This document shows, in pieces, positions 57,880 to 64,000 of a stretch of DNA of 64,000 bases; position 1 is the stretch's first letter; every line of letters starts with the position of its first letter. Under the pieces are notes generated by a model. It searched no databases, had not been told where the DNA came from, and saw only the letters and a list, made by a program, of their open reading frames with translations. The translations under genes and the position numbers were made by a program. The DNA is from Gordius albopunctatus (Eukaryota): assembly GCA_964276515.1 (NCBI GenBank), contig OZ193910.1, positions 8,122,001 to 8,186,000 on the forward strand, written 5' to 3'.

Positions 57880-60800
57880 TTATCAAGCTCTTTTATATAA
57901 AATAATAAAAAATATATTATTTAGCTCCGAATAACTCACAATTTTTTCCATTCAACCATATTCATCCAATGAAAGTTTTATTTTCAGACGTGATTTCCAT
58001 GATAAAAAGTTAAAATTTATCAGAATTAGAGAACTATTACTTTGAAATCATCATCGCATAGAGCATGTTTCAAAAATTAAGCACTCACTTTGCGATACAA
58101 CAAACTAATCGCAACAATATAACGTTGTCTTTTCTCAAAATGATTGTTCTCGCAGCTTAAAAATTATTATAAGGAGTCGATCGAGAATAATAGGATTCTA
58201 AAATGAGCTTACTTTCATATATTTTTTCAAAATCTTTTACATAAAATAACAAAAAATATATTTTTTCAGGTTAAAATACTTCACAATTTTTTCCATTCAA
58301 CCATATTCATCCAATGAAAGTTTTATTTTCCGACCTGATTTCCATGATAAAAAGTTAAAATTTATCAGAATTAGAGAACTATTACTTTGAAATCATCATC
58401 GCATAGAGCATGTTTCAAAAATTAAGCACTCACTTTGCGATACAACAAACTAATCGCAACAATATAACGTTGACTTTTCTCAAAATGATTGTTCTCGCAA
58501 CTTTTAACTTCTTATATGGAGTCGATCGAGAATAATAGGATTCTCAAATGAGCTTACTTTTAAATATTTTTTCAAGCTCTTTTACATAAAATAACAAAAA
58601 TTATATTTTTTTAGCTCCGAATAATTCACAATTTTTTGCTTTCAAATCATATTCATCCGATGAAAGTTGTTATTTTCAGACGGGATTTCCATGATAAAAA
58701 GTTAAATTTTATCAGAATTAGAGAACTATTACTTTGAAATCATCATCGCATAGAGCATGTTTCAAAAATTAAGCACTCGCGTTGCCATACAACAAACTAA
58801 TCGCAACAATATAACGTTATCTTTTCTCAAAATGATAGTTCTCGTAGCTTGAAACTTCTTATAAGGAGTCGATCGAGAATAATAGGATTCTCAAATGAGC
58901 TTATTCTATATATTTTTTCAAGCTCTTTTACATAAAATAACAAAAAATATATTTTTTCAGGTTAAAATACTTCACAATTTTTTCCATTCAACCATATTCA
59001 TCCAATGAAAGTTTTATTTTCCGACCTGATTTCCATGATAAAAAGTTAAAATTTATCAGAATTAGAGAACTATTACTTTGAAATCATCATCGCATAGAGC
59101 ATGTTTCAAAAATTAAGCACTCACTTTGCGATACAACAAACTAATCGCAACAATATAACGTTGTCTTTTCTCAAAATGATTGTTCTCGCCGCTTGAAATT
59201 TCTTATATGGAGTCGATCGAGAATAATAGGATTCTCAAATTAGCTTACTTTTATATATTTTATCAAGCTCTTTTACATAAAATAACAAAAATTATATTTT
59301 TTTAGCTCCGAATAATTCACAATTTTTTCCTTTCAAATCATATTCATCCGATGAAAGTTGTTATTTTCAGACGTGATTTCCATGATAAAAAGTTAAAATT
59401 TATCAGAATTAGAGAACTATTACTTTGAAATCATCATCGCATAGAGCATGTTTCAAAAATTAAGCACTCACTTTGCGATACAAGAAACGAATCGCAACAA
59501 TATAACGTTCTCCTTTTCTCAAAATGATTGTTCTCGCAGCTTAAAAATTCTTATAAGCAGTCGATCGAGAATAATAGGATTCTCAAATGAGCTTACTTTT
59601 ATATATTTTTTCAAGCTCTTTTACATAAAATAACAAAAAATATATTTTTTCAGGTTAAAATAATTCACAATTTTTTCCATTCAACCATATTCATCCAATG
59701 AAAGTTTTATTTTCCGACCTGATTTCCATGATAAAAAGTTAAAATTTATCAGAATTAGAGAACTATTACTTTGAAATCATCATCGCATAGAGCATGTTTG
59801 AAAAATTAAGCAGTCACGTTGCGAACAACAAACTAATCGCAACAATATAACGTTGTCTTTTCTCAAAATGATAGTTCTCGCCGCTTGAAACTTCTTATAT
59901 GGAGTCGATCGAGAATAATAGGATTCTCAAATTAGCTTACTTTTATATATTTTATCAAGCTCTTTTACATAAAATAACAAAAATTATATTTTTTTAGCTC
60001 CGAATAATTCACAATTTTTTCCTTTCAAATCATATTCATCCGATGAAAGTTGTTATTTTCAGACGTGATTTCCATGATAAAAAGTTAAAATTTATCAGAA
60101 TTAGAGAACTATTACTTTGAAATCATCATCGCATAGAGCATGTTTCAAAAATTAAGCACTCACTTTGCGATACAACAAACTAATCGCAACAATATAACGT
60201 TGTCTTTTCTCAAAATGATTGTTCTCGCAGCTTAAAAATTATTATAAGGAGTCGATCGAGAATAATAGGATTCTCAAATGAGCTTACTTTTATATATTTT
60301 TTCAAAATCTTTTACATAAAATAACAAAAAATATATTTTTTCAGGTTAAAATACTTCACAATTTTTTCCATTCAACCATATTCATCCAATGAAAGTTTTA
60401 TTTTCCGACCTGATTTCCATGATAAAAAGTTAAAATTTATCAGAATTAGAGAACTATTACTTTGAAATCATCATCGCATAGAGCATGTTTCAAAAATTAA
60501 GCACTCACTTTGCGATACAACAAACTAATCGCAACAATATAACGTTGACTTTTCTCAAAATGATTGTTCTCGCAACTTTTAACTTCTTATATGGAGTCGA
60601 TCGAGAATAATAGGATTCTCAAATGAGCTTACTTTTAAATATTTTTTCAAGCTCTTTTACATAAAATAACAAAAATTATATTTTTTTAGCTCCGAATAAT
60701 TCACAATTTTTTGCTTTCAAATCATATTCATCCGATGAAAGTTGTTATTTTCAGACGTGATTTCCATGATAAAAAGTTAAATTTTATCAGAATTAGAGAA

Positions 60801-63800
60801 CTATTACTTTGAAATCATCATCGCATAGAGAATGTTTCAAAAATTAAGCACTCGCGTTGCGATACAACAAACTAATCGCAACAATATAACGTTATCTTTT
60901 CTCAAAATGATAGTTCTCGTAGCTTGAAACTTCTTATATGGAGTCGATCGAGAATAATAGGATTCTCAAATGAGCTTATTCTATATATTTTTTCAAGCTC
61001 TTTTACATAAAATAACAAAAAATATATTTTTTCATGTTAAAATAATTCACAATTATTTCCTTTCAACCATATTCAACCGATAAAAGTTTTATTTTCCGAC
61101 CTGATTTCCATGATAAAAAGTTAAAATTTATCAGAATTAGAGAACTATTACTTTGAAATCATCATCGCATAGAGCATGTTTCAAAAATTAAGCACTCACT
61201 TTGCGATACAACAAACTAATCGCAACAATATAACGTTATCTTTTCTCAAAATGATTGTTCTCGCCGCTTGAAACTTCTTATATGGAGTCGATCGAGAATA
61301 ATAGGATTCTCAAATTAGCTTACTTTTATATATTTTTTCAAGCTCTTTTACATAAAATAACAAAAATTATATTTTTTCAGGTTAAAATACTTCACAATTT
61401 TTTCCATTCAACCATATTCATCCAATGAAAGTTTTATTTTCCGACCTGATTTCCATGATTAAAAGTTAAAATTTATCAGAATTAGAGAACTATTACTTTG
61501 AAATCATCATCGCATAGAGAATGTTTAAAATTAAGCACTCACGTTGCGATACAACAAACTAATCGCAACAATATAACGTTGACTTTTCTCAAAATGATTG
61601 TTCTCGCAACTTTAAACTTCTTATAAGGAGTCGATCGAGAATAATAGGATTCTCAAATCTGCTTATTTTTATATATTTTATCAAGCTCTTTTATATAAAA
61701 TAATAAAAAATATATTATTTAGCTCCGAAAAACTCACAATTTTTTCCATTCAACCATATTCATCCAATGAAAGTTTTATTTTCAGACGTGATTTCCATGA
61801 TAAAAAGTTAAAATTTATCAGAATTAGAGAACTATTACTTTGAAATCATCATCGCATAGAGCATGTTTCAAAAATTAAGCACTCACTTTGCGATACAACA
61901 AACTAATCGCAACAATATAACGTTGTCTTTTCTCAAAATGATTGTTCTCGCAGCTTAAAAATTATTATAAGGAGTCGATCGAGAATAATAGGATTCTAAA
62001 ATGAGCTTACTTTCATATATTTTTTCAAAATCTTTTACATAAAATAACAAAAAATATATTTTTTCAGGTTAAAATACTTCACAATTTTTTCCATTCAACC
62101 ATATTCATCCAATGAAAGTTTTATTTTCCGACCTGATTTCCATGATAAAAAGTTAAAATTTATCAGAATTAGAGAACTATTACTTTGAAATCATCATCGC
62201 ATAGAGCATGTTTCAAAAATTAAGCACTCACTTTGCGATACAACAAACTAATCGCAACAATATAACGTTGACTTTTCTCAAAATGATTGTTCTCGCAACT
62301 TTTAACTTCTTATATGGAGTCGATCGAGAATAATAGGATTCTCAAATGAGCTTACTTTTAAATATTTTTTCAAGCTCTTTTACATAAAATAACAAAAATT
62401 ATATTTTTTTAGCTCCGAATAATTCACAATTTTTTGCTTTCAAATCATATTCATCCGATGAAAGTTGTTATTTTCAGACGTGATTTCCATGATAAAAAGT
62501 TAAATTTTATCAGAATTAGAGAACTATTACTTTGAAATCATCATCGCATAGAGCATGTTTCAAAAATTAAGCACTCGCGTTGCCATACAACAAATTAATC
62601 GCAACAATATAACGTTATCTTTTCTCAAAATGATAGTTCTCGTAGCTTGAAACTTCTTATAAGGAGTCGATCGAGAATAATAGGATTCTCAAATGAGCTT
62701 ATTCTATATATTTTTTCAAGCTCTTTTACATAAAATAACAAAAAATATATTTTTTCAGGTTAAAATACTTCACAATTTTTTCCATTCAACCATATTCATC
62801 CAATGAAAGTTTTATTTTCCGACCTGATTTCCATGATAAAAAGTTAAAATTTATCAGAATTAGAGAACTATTACTTTGAAATCATCATCGCATAGAGCAT
62901 GTTTCAAAAATTAAGCACTCACTTTGCGATACAACAAACTAATCGCAACAATATAACGTTGTCTTTTCTCAAAATGATTGTTCTCGCCGCTTGAAACTTC
63001 TTATATGGAGTCGATCGAGAATAATAGGATTCTCAAATTAGCTTACTTTTATATATTTTATCAAGCTCTTTTACATAAAATAACAAAAATTATATTTTTT
63101 TAGCTCCGAATAATTCACAATTTTTTCCTTTCAAATCATATTCATCCGATGAAAGTTGTTATTTTCAGACGTGATTTCCATGATAAAAAGTTAAAATTTA
63201 TCAGAATTAGAGAACTATTACTTTGAAATCATCATCGCATAGAGCATGTTTCAAAAATTAAGCACTCACTTTGCGATACAAGAAACGAATCGCAACAATA
63301 TAACGTTCTCCTTTTCTCAAAATGATTGTTCTCGCAGCTTAAAAATTCTTATAAGGAGTCGATCGAGAATAATAGGATTCTCAAATGAGCTTACTTTTAT
63401 ATATTTTTTCAAGCTCTTTTACATAAAATAACAAAAAATATATTTTTTCAGGTTAAAATAATTCACAATTTTTTCCATTCAACCATATTCATCCAATGAA
63501 AGTTTTATTTTCCGACCTGATTTCCATGATAAAAAGTTAAAATTTATCAGAATTAGAGAACTATTACTTTGAAATCATCATCGCATAGAGCATGTTTGAA
63601 AAATTAAGCAGTCACGTTGCGAACAACAAACTAATCGCAACAATATAACGTTGTCTTTTCTCAAAATGATAGTTCTCGCCGCTTGAAACTTCTTATATGG
63701 AGTCGATCGAGAATAATAGGATTCTCAAATTAGCTTACTTTTATATATTTTATCAAGCTCTTTTACATAAAATAACAAAAATTATATTTTTTTAGCTCCG

Positions 63801-64000
63801 AATAATTCACAATTTTTTCCTTTCAAATCATATTCATCCGATGAAAGTTGTTATTTTCAGACGTGATTTCCATGATAAAAAGTTAAAATTTATCAGAATT
63901 AGAGAACTATTACTTTGAAATCATCATCGCATAGAGCATGTTTCAAAAATTAAGCACTCACTTTGCGATACAACAAACTAATCGCAACAATATAACGTTG
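57880..64000. repeat. 11-monomer higher-order duplication (period 3798 bp), running off the window end
   Basis: Markers GGATTCTAAA (58193/61991), GTTGCCATAC (58781/62579) and GCGAACAAC (59821/63619); the near-identical ORFs at 59448 and 63246 are 3798 apart. Confidence 0.82.

Larger units (their letters stand above)
14589..64000. repeat. Same ~345-bp satellite array (right of the insertion, ~143 monomers; continues beyond the window end)
   Basis: The satellite resumes in register at 14589 (CAACTAATCGCAAC...) and I saw no further foreign sequence or inversion up to 64000. Confidence 0.98.

Noticed and set aside
59448..63431. Two 61-aa ORFs (59448, 63246)
   Set aside because: Chance open frames in a variant monomer (CAAGAAACGAATC plus a 1-bp insertion), copied by the 3798-bp duplication.
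1..64000. CRISPR-like array (regular repeats containing palindromes)
   Set aside because: The whole ~345-bp unit is repeated; there are no unique spacers and no cas genes.

Overview
Almost the whole window is one head-to-tail tandem satellite array: about 183 AT-rich monomers of ~345 bp (336-347 bp), all in the same orientation, with no credible protein-coding or RNA genes. It looks like eukaryotic heterochromatic, possibly (peri)centromeric, DNA; I cannot identify the organism or satellite family. The five supplied ORFs are chance read-throughs of satellite variants. One non-satellite insertion interrupts the array at 13989-14588: 600 bp, flanked by a CAAC target duplication, built as 81 bp unique + 198-bp TG...CA repeat + 123-bp spacer with a ~70-nt T tract + a second identical 198-bp repeat. 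It appears to be a very young non-autonomous retroelement with an asymmetric layout I cannot assign to a family, and two paralogous empty sites lie in the same window (12265 and 24268). Diagnostic variants show local higher-order duplications (3-, 4-, 5-, 11-, 12- and 23-mers) and variant domains arranged roughly symmetrically. The monomer is rich in nested inverted repeats. All alignments were done by eye, so block boundaries are approximate.
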